A stretch of 64,000 nt of DNA from Lobosporangium transversale. Taxonomy: Eukaryota. Shown piece after piece: positions 13,808-27,725 of the stretch (its first letter is position 1; each line of letters begins with the position of its first letter). Location: assembly GCF_002105155.1 (NCBI RefSeq), contig NW_019029013.1, positions 372,001-436,000 on the forward strand, written 5' to 3'. The translations under genes and the position numbers were made by a program. The notes below the pieces were generated by a model that was given only the letters and a program-made list of their open reading frames with translations, had not been told where the DNA came from and did not search any database.

Positions 13808-16800
13808 ATGGCTGATGCATCATTTGACCTCCTGGGTGAGGTTGCTGGCATACCTGTTGCTCAAAGTACAAATATCACAAACAACGCCATAGATACTGTC
13901 AACGGGGCCCCTAAGGAAGAAGATGCATTTTCAGCTGCTGTCTCTGTCTGGAGGGGTAATCTTCAATTGATATCTGTTCGTATTGGCCTTTTACAATAAG
14001 GGAAAAAAGTCATCCTAAAGAATGATCTATCTATACTAGATCTTATACGATTGCTAAATCGTCCTCATTTCCGTTTTTTGAACAGGCATCCAGCTTCCTG
14101 TTATCCAATACGATATGGATAAACAGTCAATAGAACTTCTAGAACAACAACAACAAACTTCAGCTGGACGTAAACGACTTGCCGAACTGACTCGAGGTAT
14201 TGAATGCATTTTTTTTTGTCTCTCATGCACTCTTCACCCTTGATATGCAGTTACCCAATGCCTTGCCTGCATAGGGCCTGTATAAAGCGAGCAATGCATG
14301 GTACCATTTTTTTCTAATCGAGAAGCTGTCGAAATCTTCATTCAAATCCGACAATATCAGAATTCAAAAAGGTTCCTGATCAAGAGAAGATGCAACAATT
14401 CAAACAGCTTCTTAAAGCATATCAAGCCGAAATTGATGCCATCACCAAGCGAGAGAAGGCAACTGCACAGGCATTTCTGAGTGTCTACAATGTATTAGGC
14501 CAGGCACCTGATCCGGCAAAACTACTACAAGTCGCTGCAGTAAGTTTTTTTGTCATTTCTTTCTTTCTGAGGACTCTTATAAACTTTCGAGTAATTAAGT
14601 GAAATCAGTATACAACTAAGGCGCCAGCGGACGGCATTCTTTTTTTTTTTATGCTGTTATAACTGTAGGATCAAACTTCACAACTGGACGAAATCAGCAC
14701 ATTGGAGGCAGAGAATTTAAGGTTGCGGGAAGAAAATGCCAGTCTGAATAAACAGGTTACCAATTTACGATCCATGTCCAACAACGCGACCAAGTTGCAG
14801 CAACGACTTGTACGGCTAGAGACCAAACAAGAGGAGACCATCCAGGAACGTGTCCGGGAGAAAGAGCAAGCGTTTAGAGAAGAATGGGAGGAAAAGATCA
14901 GGACCGCAAAAGAGACGTAATAAGGGATTCTTTATATATATACATATATGTCCCGTGATGTAGCCTATATCATTATTTGGTTTACTGAGACCTTTATATA
15001 CTGACTGAGAGATATTTATGTATCATACTGATAGTGAACACGATTTACAAAGACAGCTGAATCAGGCCAAGGACCAGCTCAGGGCCCTGAAACTTACGAA
15101 TGACTCGACACAGGCAACGCTGGTGGATCACTCCCAAAAGTACGAAGAGGAGGTCGTAGCAAAGCTTGCGGAGCTGGACATCGTCTTGATGGATTATGAA
15201 CGCGCCAATAGCAGAATCTCAGAATTGGAGGGTCAAAACGAGATACTCCGTAACCAAATGGATAGCATGCAAGGCAATGGAATGATCGATCAGGAGAGAG
15301 CGGCATCACTGGTTCAGACGATTGAACACCAGGATGCTGAATTGCAGTCGCTTACCACTACTCTGGAGAATTTGAAGGCTTCAAGCAAGGTAACAGCTAA
15401 AAAAAGTCATGTCGGGACCCTCGATATCAACATTTTTTCTTTTTGTTGTCTTTATTTCCGGCGTTGTTAACTGAGGCAGCCACTTATACCTATTTCTCTT
15501 TCCTTTCGATAGAAACAATTAACGACATTGGAACGGAAGGTATCCACTCTACAGCGCGAGGTTCAGGAAAAGACAGGCGAAATAGAGGCAACCAAGCGTA
15601 AGCTTGAACAATACAGTGATTATGATTCTGTCAAGAGCGAACTTGAGATTCTGAAGGTAAAAACTTGATAAATGCTTCTTTAGAACATTGATTTATTGTA
15701 AAATGGTTTTTGATATGGGCGGGTTTTTTCTCATCTCGCATTATTGTTGTTTTAGTACATCGAGTTCTCAGGATCAAGAGGGGGCAGTGGGGACGATGAT
15801 GATTGGGACGAACGTATCTTGACTCTGGCGAGCAAGAATTTAGAGAAGCCGCTTGAGGTGCTGTTGATGGAGAAGAGCCGGAAACTGGAGAATGAACTAA
15901 CAGAACTCAAGGTGGCTCATGAATCTGTCACTACGCAATTCAATGATCTCCAGAGCCGTCATGAGGTCGCCACCAAACGATTGGATTCTCAAACACAACT
16001 CATCCATCGTCTAGAAGAAGATATTACTCAGCTAAATCAATCCAGTGGAGGATCAAGTACAGGTCAAAATGCTGTCAATGGATACTATGTTGGTCCTGGC
16101 AGTGGTAGCAATGTTACCAATGCAGTCCTTGGATATCAGGGACCAACTTCACCACCATTTGGAAAAGCTTCTTTCCTAGGGGAAGTCGTTGGAGGTGTAG
16201 CATTAGGACCAGTACTTCCAACAGCACCGCGAACACCAGGATTCCCCCCAACAGGGCCCCTCAACCCAGATAATGCTACGAGTTTAACGTCGGGTGGCGC
16301 TCCTAGTGCTGGTGGTCCACAGAGTGCAGCTGTTGAGCCAAGTAGCAGTATCCTATCGATTGTCACCAGCCAGCGCGATCGGTTCCGTCAGAGGAATGGT
16401 GAACTGGAGGAGCAGCTCCGTCAGCAGTCGGAGCAAATCTCGAATCTCAGAAATGAGAATAGTCAGCTTCAAAGAGATAATCTAAAACTGTATGAGAAAG
16501 TGAAATACATGCAATCTTATCGGAACGAGTCTTCTTCTGTCGGCTTTACTGCAGCAGAATCTGCAGCACCCAGTGCTATGGTTGACTATACTTCGCCATT
16601 CCGGAGCACTACTGGAGTAGTAGGGCGTTCAACAACAGGAGGTAGTAGTAGTGGATACAAGAAGCATGATGGGGACTTTGAGACGACTGTACAAATGCAA
16701 TCGCTTTCGGATCCGACAGATCGGTACAGGAGCATGTACGAGGAGAGCATGAACCCGTTTGAGGCATTCCACAAGAAAGAAGAATCCAGGAGGTTTAATA

Positions 16801-17006
16801 GTATGACGCCGACAGATAAGGTGATGTTGACAATGAGTCGGTTAGTGTTGACGAATAAGTGGACGAGGAGTATGTTGGTAGCCTATACGATGGGACTCCA
16901 CTTCTTAATGGTTGTAATGTTATACAAGATGAGTGCCTGGGAAGAATGTCGACATGATCACGAGACACCGAATGATGCCAATCCCATGCTGCCTTCAGAT
17001 GACTAG
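13808..17006 (+). CDS. COY1: CASP/Coy1 Golgi coiled-coil membrane protein (multi-exon)
   Basis: Spliced 'RKRLAELTREFKK', 'LLKAYQAEIDAITKR', 'APDP', 'LEVLLMEKSRKLENEL', 'ILSIVTSQRDRFRQRN', 'DNLKLYEKVKY', 'YEESMNPFEAF' and a C-terminal TM segment 'YTMGLHFL'. Confidence 0.92.
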
Positions 17007-17258
17007 ACTAAGATTGGTGTGATGTTAGTTATTACAGCACCTGTAGCTTTCAGTAATAATAATAATTTTTTTTTAAAAAAAAAAAAAAAAAAAAATCAAT
17101 CAGTTGGTTCACAGATATAATTGCCAAAGTGTTTTATTCAAAGATGGTTTTATTATAATATAAAAATGTGTAGTGTATGCGTGATAATAAATGAAAATTA
17201 AAAAAAAAGCTAAAACTAACCCGACTAGGGGCTGCAATGCTTGTTTTCTTAATTGCTT

Positions 17259-20200
17259 TTAATTGCGTTTGCCCTTTAACTTCTGTACTTTCTTCATCCT
17301 GGACTCCGCGTTCTTCTCTCCCTGATCTGCTTCGAGTCCACTCATGATGCCCTTGATCTTTGCATTGTATGCCTGATCTTTCTCTCTCTGGTCTTTCAGC
17401 TTCTCTCTGGCCACGAACTGTGCATCCTTTCTCAACTCGCGAATTGCTCCCTTCTTTTCCTTCTTTACCTGCATTTGCAGCTTGTGGGCCTGAGCACGTT
17501 CCACGTCTGGATCGTAATGCTTATCTAACGAGTAGCCTTCCTCGAATTTGGGCACATATGATGCAATTGGTACAGGTTTGTGCGCTTGCAGCTGTAATGG
17601 TGCACGGCTGTCTGTTGAGAATGACTCTAGCTTCTGAATACGATCCAATGATGCAGAAAGACGGTCTTTGAGAGAAGATGAAAAGTTGAGGTTCTGGTTG
17701 TCGATGCTTTTAGATGATGAGAGTATTTTAAGGAGTCCGATGGGTCCTTCGAACATCTCTTTATAGGCACTGGTAGATGCGTAAAGAAGCGCATACTTCA
17801 TTAATAGGTCCGCGGCTGCTGACATAGCCGATACCTTGTATTTGTTGTTCTCAAGAACATTGCCATTCTTCTTGAACAGGCCAATTGACAGACGCTCAAC
17901 TTCAATAGAGCCCAGCCCTGAGATGGTCATCTGCAAGGAAGCAATGTCTAATTCCTGAATCGGAAATAGACCTGGTAGTTTGTCCAGATCATCACCAAAC
18001 GTGCCCTTGGGAGCCAAGTAAACCAATGCTGAGGATAAAAAGTTGATAGCCTCAGGGATCACGCGCTTAGACAACTTTTGGTAATCCAAAAACAAGTTGC
18101 AAAGCATCAAGCCCGATGCTAAGTCCTTGAAAGACTTGATCTGGCATTGACCTAAATACTGACTCATTAAGAGCTGAGCTGGTGTGATGACCTGGTGTTG
18201 AAAATCTGAAGTAGAGTATATTTCGCCCAAGATACGGAAAAAGGTTAGCTTATCGATAGTAGGGAAGCCGGACTTGGTCTCCGAAGCAAGATCTTTGATG
18301 AGCTCAGCTTCAAAGGATTCTAAGAAACCGAGTATACATTCTGTAGCATGGTCGCCCAACTGTGATGTCATGGCATAGATATGGCGAGTGAGTTTGTTGA
18401 GAACTGCAATAGGAAAGCTAGCTTCAGAGGCAGAGATCTGGAAAACATAGTCAAGTAGGACAGGGTAAAATATCTGCATCTTAGCCTTATTCTGAGGTGA
18501 GAGCTTGGGATGGTGGAGCGCACGGATGCGATGCACTACTGTAGGTACATGCTCAAGTTCAATGTTTTCAATGATTGACAGGAAATGCTCTAGAGATGTC
18601 GGACTAGGGAAAGTGTAAGGCAATTCAGCAGCGGCAGCAGCAGCATCAGGATTGACATCGATCTTGGCCTTCTTTGCCGTAGACTTAGTGGAAGTAACAG
18701 GTTTCTTGGTCTTGGCTGCTGAGCTCAAGTCGTTAATGTCGTCTTCGTCGTCATCGTCTTCACCGCCTTTGCTCATTGGCCGCTCCATTTCCATATCAAG
18801 ATCCGAAAAGTCATCCTCTGAATCTTCTTCCTCATCGCCATCCTCTTCATCATCATCTTCCGCTTCGCTTTCTTCCTCTTCCTCTATGTCTTCTTCTTCT
18901 TCTTCTTCACCCTCAGAGTCACTATCATCGACCTTGACAGTTCTATGCTTCTTGCTGGGCATTCTACCGGGTTTGGTTGCTCTGAATGTTGACTCATCCG
19001 CATCCATACCCGCACCGAGGCCAAACTCGTCATTTTCATCAGGAGCAAAGTCATCATCTAGATCATCAGCAGCTGGCGCAGCTTTTCTCCTCTTTTTGTA
19101 TCCCCCCTGTTCATCTTCTATCTCTTCTGAAGGGAGACCCTCCATACGACGCTTGCGAGCTCTCTCTGACTTCTCTAACTTTTCGACCTCCTCCTGTGCA
19201 ATCTCCTCCTCACTCTTCATACGATCCTGAGGTTTAGCACGTCTGTCAAAGGCTAGTTCCCGAATATGCTTATCATAGTCATCATCGAAGCCCTTATCCA
19301 AGGCGCCGCCCTCTCTGTCGGCCTTCATCCTTTCTTTTTCCTCATCTGCGAGACGATCTAAAGCGCGGGCAACTGTGCTACTTTGTGATGGCAAGGGTGC
19401 ACGTTTAGGACGACGTTCTTCTGCATCTGGGTTTGAAAAGCCGAGTAATCCACGAATATCCTCCAGTTCATCATCTAGTTCCTTGGTGATATCATCAATC
19501 TCTTCCTTTTCCTTTTGACGTTCATGCTTATGGAATTTGGATTTCGCAATGATTTCCTTCATGACCTCAGCTTTAGTTTTGGGTCGTCCATCCTCATGTG
19601 TGTCAGATGGAAGAGTCTCATCATCGAATCCTCCGAAGTGAGTATGGGATACAATGTCCCTACCGATTTGGCCTCTGTTGTCATCATCATCATCATTAAA
19701 TCCAAGTTCTGTTTCATCGAAATCATCGAGTCCTGCAAGCGATTGACCGTAATGTGTGAGATCTGCTTCATCTTCTAAATTGAACATGGCTCCTCCTTTA
19801 GCACGGCTCTGTTTTTCGCGTGTGAAACGTTCAAGCATCTTTTCTTCCGGTGTCATGTTGGGATTCTCTTCTCCGAAACGTTTATCGATCAATCCTCCAG
19901 CTTTGTTCTTCTTTTGCATTTCTTTCAACAGAGTTTTGCGACGCTAATTAAGAACAAGCAGTCAAGAGACAATTGTAACAGAGTCAATTTACATGGAAAT
20001 GAATAGTGGGTCATGAGAAGTATTAAGATAAAATCATAGTGAATACAAAGTTCCATGACATACGTTCTCCTCGCCGATTTGCTTAGATAGTGTGGGTTTG
20101 CCCTGGACGCCTTTGATCTTGCGACCCAGAACATCGTATTTTTGACGAGTGGTCTTGATCTCAAACTGGTTCATAGCTTCTTTAATGTGGGCTAGCTTTT

Positions 20201-20342
20201 TATTGAGGTCATTCTTTACGCTGCCAGCAGTAGGGCGGCCCTTTTTGCGGTCTTTCTTGCTGAGAGAAGCACGCGAGTTAGGACCAATGGCGCCTGCTTC
20301 CTTGAGCGAGGACTTGAGACGGTACAGTGCAGACTTTGCCAT
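17259..20342 (-). CDS. NOP14: Nucleolar SSU processome protein Nop14; exons 20342-20064, 19943-17259
   Basis: 'GGLIDKRFGE..MTPEEKMLERF', 'LTHYGQSL', 'KTKAEVMKEIIAKSK', 'STSDFQHQVITPA', 'KKEKKGAIRELRKD'. One GT-AG intron. Confidence 0.95.
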
Positions 20343-21331
20343 TTTTCTTTTTTATGTCGTAAAGGTTAACGTTTATCTATTTTCTCTATTCCTTCGCTTT
20401 TTAAAAAAAGAATAATAATAAGAAAATGTGAAGGGCCAGAGACAAGGATAAAAAGCGAGGAATGTTGGCAGGAAGTAAGAATGAAAGGAGGTACTTTTTG
20501 GCCTCTGCAATGGACACAGACACACCATTAACATAAAAAAAAGAAAAAGAAATAAAAACAAATAATATCACATGATATGACTGCTAAGTAACTAATATTT
20601 CTGGACCAAAATCGCATTGAGGAATCCGCCTCACCCAGCATTTCTAGTTGTGGAATATGTGGAGAAGATTTATTAAGGTGATTTAAATGACTGCATGAAT
20701 ACATAGTTGAGAAAGATGGCATGTCTGATTAAAATGAATATCTTGGTCTTTGGCTTCCTCTTAGAAGCGCCATATTCGTTTTGTCCAATCACAGTCCAAA
20801 TAATACAATTATAGAGCGCATATTTGATATTCAAGCATCCTTACACAAGGTTATTTCTCTCCCTTCTTTTCTTTTCTATTAATTTTCCTATTCTCTTAAT
20901 TTTCCTATTCTCTCGAATTTGCTTTACCTAATTTTGCGTCTACAAGGTCAGAAAAAGAAACAGTTTAATTGCTCTTTTTCCCACGTATGAACTGAACCGA
21001 GAAAGTGTCTTGAATAGTCTAGTTTGGTAGTCTAGTGTTTTAAAACATTCACAATGGACAAAGTTGTGTGAACTGACATTTCCCATCTGGGGGGCTTTTT
21101 TTATTCAATTAACCTTCATTCGCAGATCATTTGAGAATTTGAAAACCAGTAATAGCGACAGCAACAGTGAACATCAACAAAGTAGACCATCAGCGGGCAT
21201 TCAGGGAGCCAACCATAGGAAGGAACAAATCCCAGTTTGTGACGTAAAAGTGCCTTTTCCTTGCAGGAAGAAAAAAGAAAAAGAAAGGAAAGTGAAGAGC
21301 GAAAAACGGAGAACTAAAACTACAGGAACGG

Positions 21332-24285
21332 ATGACATCCTCGTCGATCGCCATTACAACTACAGAAACTGGTGCTAGTGTTCCCGCCATGATATCAGAG
21401 GCTGCTGCTCCATCGTCACTATACACTAAGCCTGACGACGTAGTACCTAATATTAGTTCACAGTCCTCTACTGTAAACGGCGGTAGTAGCGATAGTACAG
21501 CTGACAAAGAAGGGAATGGAGGCACTCAGTTTACGCATAATGATCCAGACAGGGGCTTATTTAACATGATCATGACAAACATACAGAACTCAGATACTGA
21601 AACCAGTCATAAAAGCATAGATTCAGGATCTGGTCCCCGAAATAACCATGTTTTAGAAGCTAAAGCTCAATCTTCGGCGGTAACAGCGGCTACATCCACT
21701 CTTCCGTTATCATCGCCATCATCATTGTTAAAGCGGGAAGCTGATGGTGCTCGATCTGATAGTCGAGCCTCAAAAAATCACACTAACGCATCGACAGTAT
21801 CAATAGGAGTGGGTGAAACTAATCGACCTAAAAATGATCATCACCCCCCATCCTCGTTAACACCAGCAATCACAGCGGCAACGACATTAGCTCGGAATCA
21901 AGATCGCTCCAGTCAGAGTAGTGATCATCGGGAAGATCGGTTTCAACGATCTCAGCAGTCAAAATCCAGCAACAGTGATAGTAGGGATAAATCAGAAAAT
22001 TCCCACGATAGCAGCGGTAAATATCAGTCCAACACTTCAGAACGGCCCACTATGACAGCTGGAGATCGTGACCGAGGAGGAGGAGCTGGCGGAAGTGGAA
22101 ATAGAGAGAAGGATGGTAATATGCGGAATAAAGAGAACAACATGAATAGTACAAGAGATAAGGATAGTCACCCACATGGTCAAGACCAGAAAAATAGGGA
22201 CGATCGCTACCAATCTCAAACATCCTTCCGACAAAACAATCAACAAGGCAAAGATCAAGCAAAAGATCGTGGCCGCAAAGACAAAGATTTTAGTCAACAC
22301 AAAGGCAACAATCATAATAGCAAGAACAACAGCAGGAGTGTGAACAATAAAAACAGTAACAATCATGAGCAGGGTAATAGCGGTGCAGGAGGTGGCAATA
22401 TTGAAGATACCCGGCCTGATCCATTAAGTCTACTCTCGATCACAGGACGATTGGGATCATTAACACCTCATAAACCCTTTTTTGGGAACTCACGTGTTGT
22501 TGACGACTTTGAAAAGCTTAACAAAGTGGGCGAAGGAACTTATGGCGTTGTATAGTAAGTGACGTTATCAAAAACATGCAGTGCCCTTGCATAGCTAAAA
22601 AAAAAAAAAAAAAAAACTAATTTATTTTTATTTTTATTTTATTTATTTTTATTTTTTTATTTTTATAGCCGTGCACGAGACAAAAAGACGAACGAGGTTG
22701 TGGCGCTCAAACGGATTAGAATGGAGCGTGAGAACGATGGGCTCCCAATATCATCACTTCGAGAAATTAAGTTGCTCAAAACTCTTCGGCACGATAATAT
22801 TGTACTAGTCAAGGATGTTGTTGTTGGATCAGACCTCGATCAAATTTTCCTCGTGATGGAGTATTGTGAACATGTAAGAATGATCTTGTTATTTCCTACA
22901 TGAATAAACTATACAGTTAGCGGAATGAAAAGAAATATCTAATTCTTTTTTTTTTTTTTTTTTCTAAAAAAAAAAAAAAAAGGACATGGCAGCACTTATG
23001 GATAATGTCAAGAAACCATATACGCCAGCAGAAGGTATCTCATGGAGACCACGTGAGTGTTGCCATTACCAACTTCATCAAACTTGGCCTCTAACTATAT
23101 ACTTGCGGCAATTTATTTTCTTCAGTTAAATGTTTAATGTACCAGCTGTTAAAAGGTATTGAATATTGTCACGATCATTTTGTTGTTCATCGAGATCTCA
23201 AGCTGTCAAATCTGCTTCTCAATAGCCAGGGCATCCTAAAGATCGGTATGTACTTTTTTACAAGTCTATTTATTCCGATATCTTTCATTCTGATGGAAGA
23301 CAAAGGCGTCCGCAATATTTTAACATGACGCTTCTGCTACTCATCATCTTGGTTTTTACTCTTCTTTCAGCCGATTTCGGCCTTGCGCGCTCATTTGGAC
23401 TACCTTCAAGACCTATGACACCCAAGGTTGTAACACTATGGTATCGTGCACCAGAACTACTATTCGGAGACTCTAATTACACAACTGCAGTGGATATGTG
23501 GTCTGCAGGATGTATCTTTGGAGAGCTCTTGAAGCATGCGCCACTCTTGCCAGGGAAGGTCGAAAAACAGCAGGTTGATTTGATTATCGAGTTATTAGGC
23601 ACGCCACACGAGAAGATCTGGCAAGGGTTTAACAAATTACCCATGTCGAGTATCAAGCTCCCAGAACAAAGGTAAAAAAAATGGCTATGATGATATTGAG
23701 ATGCACCTTCTACTGTTACGTACGAACGCCTGAATGGTCACTACCCCACAGGAGCCTGACTTCGTGTATATTTTCTTCTTTGCAATACTAACTACTTCTC
23801 TATTTACTATACTCACCTTTGACGAACGTTTTATAGATTTAATAATCTCAGAAACAAATTTCCAAATATTACGGATGCAGCGCGATCTTTGCTCAGTGGA
23901 TTATTGACGTATGATCCAAAGAAGCGCCTATCTGTGAAGCAAGCATTAGCACATCCATATTTTATCGAATCACCGCCTGCAAAACATCCTTCCCTACTAC
24001 CTACCCATCCAGAAATGAGGAATCTCTTGAGCACAAGGTAATGTATTAAAGATGTAAAAAAAAAAAAAAAAAAAAAAGACTTTATTTGGAAATCATGCCA
24101 CATCACGTCAACCCAGAACAATGGTCGTTTTTTAAAAACTTCGTAAAAAATATTGATTAAGATGGTGCCTCATCTTGAAATTTACTTTTTTTTGTAGACA
24201 TGAGGAGAATGCAAAACTGAAACGACAGGCAGCAGGAGATGAGACGGAGAATAACATAGGAGGAAACAGGAAGAGGATGAGGTGA
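21332..24285 (+). CDS. CDK10: Cyclin-dependent kinase of CDK10/CDK11 clade (PISSLRE) with long low-complexity N-terminus (multi-exon)
   Basis: '[16 protein letters not shown]', '[10 protein letters not shown]', '[10 protein letters not shown]', 'DFGLAR', '[16 protein letters not shown]'. The last exon ends ...RKRMR-TGA at 24285. Confidence 0.85.
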
Positions 24286-24789
24286 GATCTCGAGTATGAT
24301 ACAACCACTCATTTCGCTCGCAAGCATTATTGTTTTTTCTTCATTAAGCTTAAATAAAGAAATAAAAAAAAGTATAAAAGAAGATAAAGAGGTATATCAG
24401 ACATCCCAGATGTCCCTAAGGAGCCATGGACTTGCGTTTCTTTGAGTCACCATTTAAGACTACTGAGAGAAGAACGGATTAAGTTCATATGATGAGACAC
24501 CGAAATGGCTGAGATGAGTTAGATCTGACCGTTGCACAAGATGATCTTTATTATTTACACACGTGCAGTACAGTGGCTCGATCTGATAAGCAATAAAATG
24601 ATAACTTAATATATACATTTTATCTTTTACCTCAAAAAGAAAAAGGGCGATCAAGAGATCATCCTCTCAGTCATTGGAATCGCACTCTAACATTCTGACA
24701 TCCTCACATCCTTATTCCCTTTTCCTTCAACCTTAGTTCTTTTCTCATTTGACCTTCCTCTTCTTCACTCTACTATTCAAATATATACA

Positions 24790-27612
24790 ATGAGCCAGGA
24801 ACCAGATGCAGGTTTGCATGCGCAGCCAGCACCTGAGCAATCGTCAACACCCCGACAGCACCAGCAACAACAGCTCGCTCTAGAAGAGCCTATAGATGCA
24901 AAGCATTTGGAGCATATTGCGATCCACAACCCACGTAGAATCCTCTTCCTATACGGATCGCAGACAGGCTGCGCTCAGGATGTGGCCGAGAATGCGGCAA
25001 GAGAAGCCAGGCGGATGCACTTTAGCGCCACAGTCTCTGCCATGGATGATTATGATCGGGTAAAGATAATATAAGCTTTTTATGGAAAGGAAAGCGCCAA
25101 GTGCTACTATACTCTCTTTTTTTTTTTCCGAAAATTTGACAATAGAAAGGTATAATATTATTATTATTATTGTTATTTCTAACTAGAGCCTTTTAATCCG
25201 AGAACACTTTGTTGTGTTCGTTGCGTCAACGACAGGTCAAGGAGAGGAACCAGATAACATGAAGAAGTTCTGGAAGTTCTTGTTAAGAAAGTCTCATCCG
25301 AATGATGCATTAGATCATATGGAGTTCACCGTCTTTGGGCTTGGAGACTCATCGTACATCAAGTATGTTTATATAGCGCACTTTTTTTTTTGACTCTTTT
25401 ACCAGAAAACTTATTGATTCATGTGCTGACATACTATCTATCTATGCTAAACAGGTTCAATTGGCCTGCTAAGAAGCTATATAAGCGACTACTCCAGCTT
25501 GGAGCGACTTGCTTTTATGAGCCAGCCTACGCTGACGATCAGCATTATCTAGGGTAAGTCTAGCGACTTTTCTTTCTTTCTTTTTTTTTTTACTATAAGT
25601 GAGAATGATCGCAATATATCCATATTTACTTTACACTCATACATTTGTCTGGGTATTGCTTCAAGTGTCGACGGAACGCTTACGCCATGGTTGGAAGGTC
25701 TCTGGAAAGTGGCGCTAGAGAAGTACCCCCTCCCTGCGCATCTCGAGATAATTCCAAGGGACGTTATTTTCCAGAATAGCTTCAGTCTCAAATTTGATCC
25801 ACAGGAAAATGGGTCCTCAATGACTACCCTTGCAGACCCTAATCCACAACCCCAATGTCAGCAATCTATTCAAAGCTTCAACAAAGAGCCAGGTAGCTAT
25901 TTGGCAACTCTCATAAAGAACAAGCGCATTACAGACCCTAACCATACACAGGATGTGAGACACATCGAATTATTGATCAAGGACCCTGTTTTCCCTGGAT
26001 ATCACCCTGGCGATGTGTTGACAATGCGCCCCTGTAACCTAAAGACGGACGTGGATGAGTTTCTAGAGTACAATGGCTGGACCGCTATTGCGGATGATCC
26101 ATTTACAATTGTTGAGAATTTTTCAGGTATTTAATTTCTTACAGCCGTGAAGCAAATTTCGAGAAGTCTGTGCGCCATTTACACATACGATTGACTTTTT
26201 TTTTCTAAAAAAAAAAAAAAAAAAAAAAATCTAGATCGCCCTCTGCCGAAGCATATTCCTCATCGGCAGACAATTCGTTCATTGCTAATGAACCACTTGA
26301 ATGTATTTTCAACGCCCAGGACCAGTTTCTTCCAGCTTTTAATATATTTTACAGCAAATGAAGATGAAAAAGAGAAGCTTCGAGAGTTTGTTTCTCCAGC
26401 AGGTCAGGATGAACTCTATTCATACTGTCATCGCATGCGCAGGACCATTTTTGAAGTCCTTAAGGACTTTAGAGACGTCAAGGTTCCGTTAGACTATATC
26501 TTGGATCTATTTCCTATCATCATGCCTCGAAGTTTTTCGATCGCTTCAGCTCCTCTTGTGTCCGTCCAGGAACAGCATCAACAACGCCGGCATGATTCAG
26601 TGCGCAGCAATGTTGCGAGTAATGGTGTCAGTAAAATAAACCATACAAGCAATGGAGATGTCATCACTTCTGATGAAGATACAAGGGGTGAATTGGAATG
26701 GAAGGTGGATTTATGTATAGCAATAGTTCATTATAAAACAAAATTGTTCAAGTGGCGTACTGGTGTATGTACACGATGGCTCAAAGCTCTTCAAGCAGCG
26801 GTGAATGAGCAAGATGGCCCTGTTAATGAAGAAGCTGCAAATACTGCTAGCTCTGCAGAGTCATCGGAGGAAATAGCAACATCAACAATACCATCCAAGG
26901 AGCCTCCAGCACAATTCTGGGTCCGTATTCAACGTGGGACTTTGAAGCTGCCAAAAGACCCGGCTGTACCTGTTATTTGTATCGGACCAGGTAATAATCA
27001 GCAGGTTATAAAGGGCAGGTCTTTTTTTTCTTGCAAACACGAACAAAATAGCCTGTCATACCAACTCCTTTTTTATTATACATTTGGATTCTTAGGGACG
27101 GGAGTAGCGCCAATGAGAAGTTTTTTGCACCATAGAATCTATGCTCAAGGGGCCACTGAGAACGTGTTGTTCTTTGGATGTAGAAAGCGGAAGATGGATT
27201 ATCATTACCGTGAAGAATGGGAACAATTGGAACGGGAGGGGTACCTTAAGCTCTTTACCGCGTGTTCACGAGATCAGGTCAGTTTAGTCAACAGTTTTTC
27301 TTTTTTTAGCTTTGTTTCTGCGGACCAATTGCTCTACTCACTCGTATATTGGTTTTGTTGCTTTCGAAATAGGAGGAGAAAATATATGTGCAGCATCTGA
27401 TTGAGCAACAAGCCCCTTTGGTGTGGGATTATCTACATGAGAAGCAAGGCATGATCCTGTTATCGGGTAGCTCTAGCCGAATGCCAACGGATGTTACACA
27501 AGCATTGCATAAAGTGATTGCCGCGCAGGGTCAGATGTCGGTGGAGCAAGCAACTACATATTTGGCTCGAGTTGAGAAGGAAGGTCGTTTCCAGCAGGAA
27601 TGTTGGTCTTAA
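24790..27612 (+). CDS. TAH18: NADPH-dependent diflavin oxidoreductase 1 (multi-exon)
   Basis: Flavodoxin motifs 'LYGSQTGCAQD', 'STTGQG', 'FGLGDSSY'. FAD/NADPH motifs 'PRSFSIAS', 'GPGTGVAPMR', 'LFFGCR', 'SRDQ'. C-terminus 'RFQQECWS'. Confidence 0.93.
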
Positions 27613-27725
27613 AAAGAAAGAGCACTAATAGAAATACCACAATAAAAATAAAAATCGCACGCAACTTTTGTAGAGACGCCACCAATTTCTTTTTCAGAAT
27701 CTTTCCCTGCAAATCAAACCAGCAA

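Noticed and set aside
18652..19230. 192-aa Ser-rich plus-strand ORF
   Set aside because: Antisense shadow of the acidic region of NOP14.
27600..27612. Apparent overlap of the PPR ORF with the TAH18 stop
   Set aside because: The upstream in-frame ATG lies within TAH18's last codons; downstream ATGs are more plausible starts.
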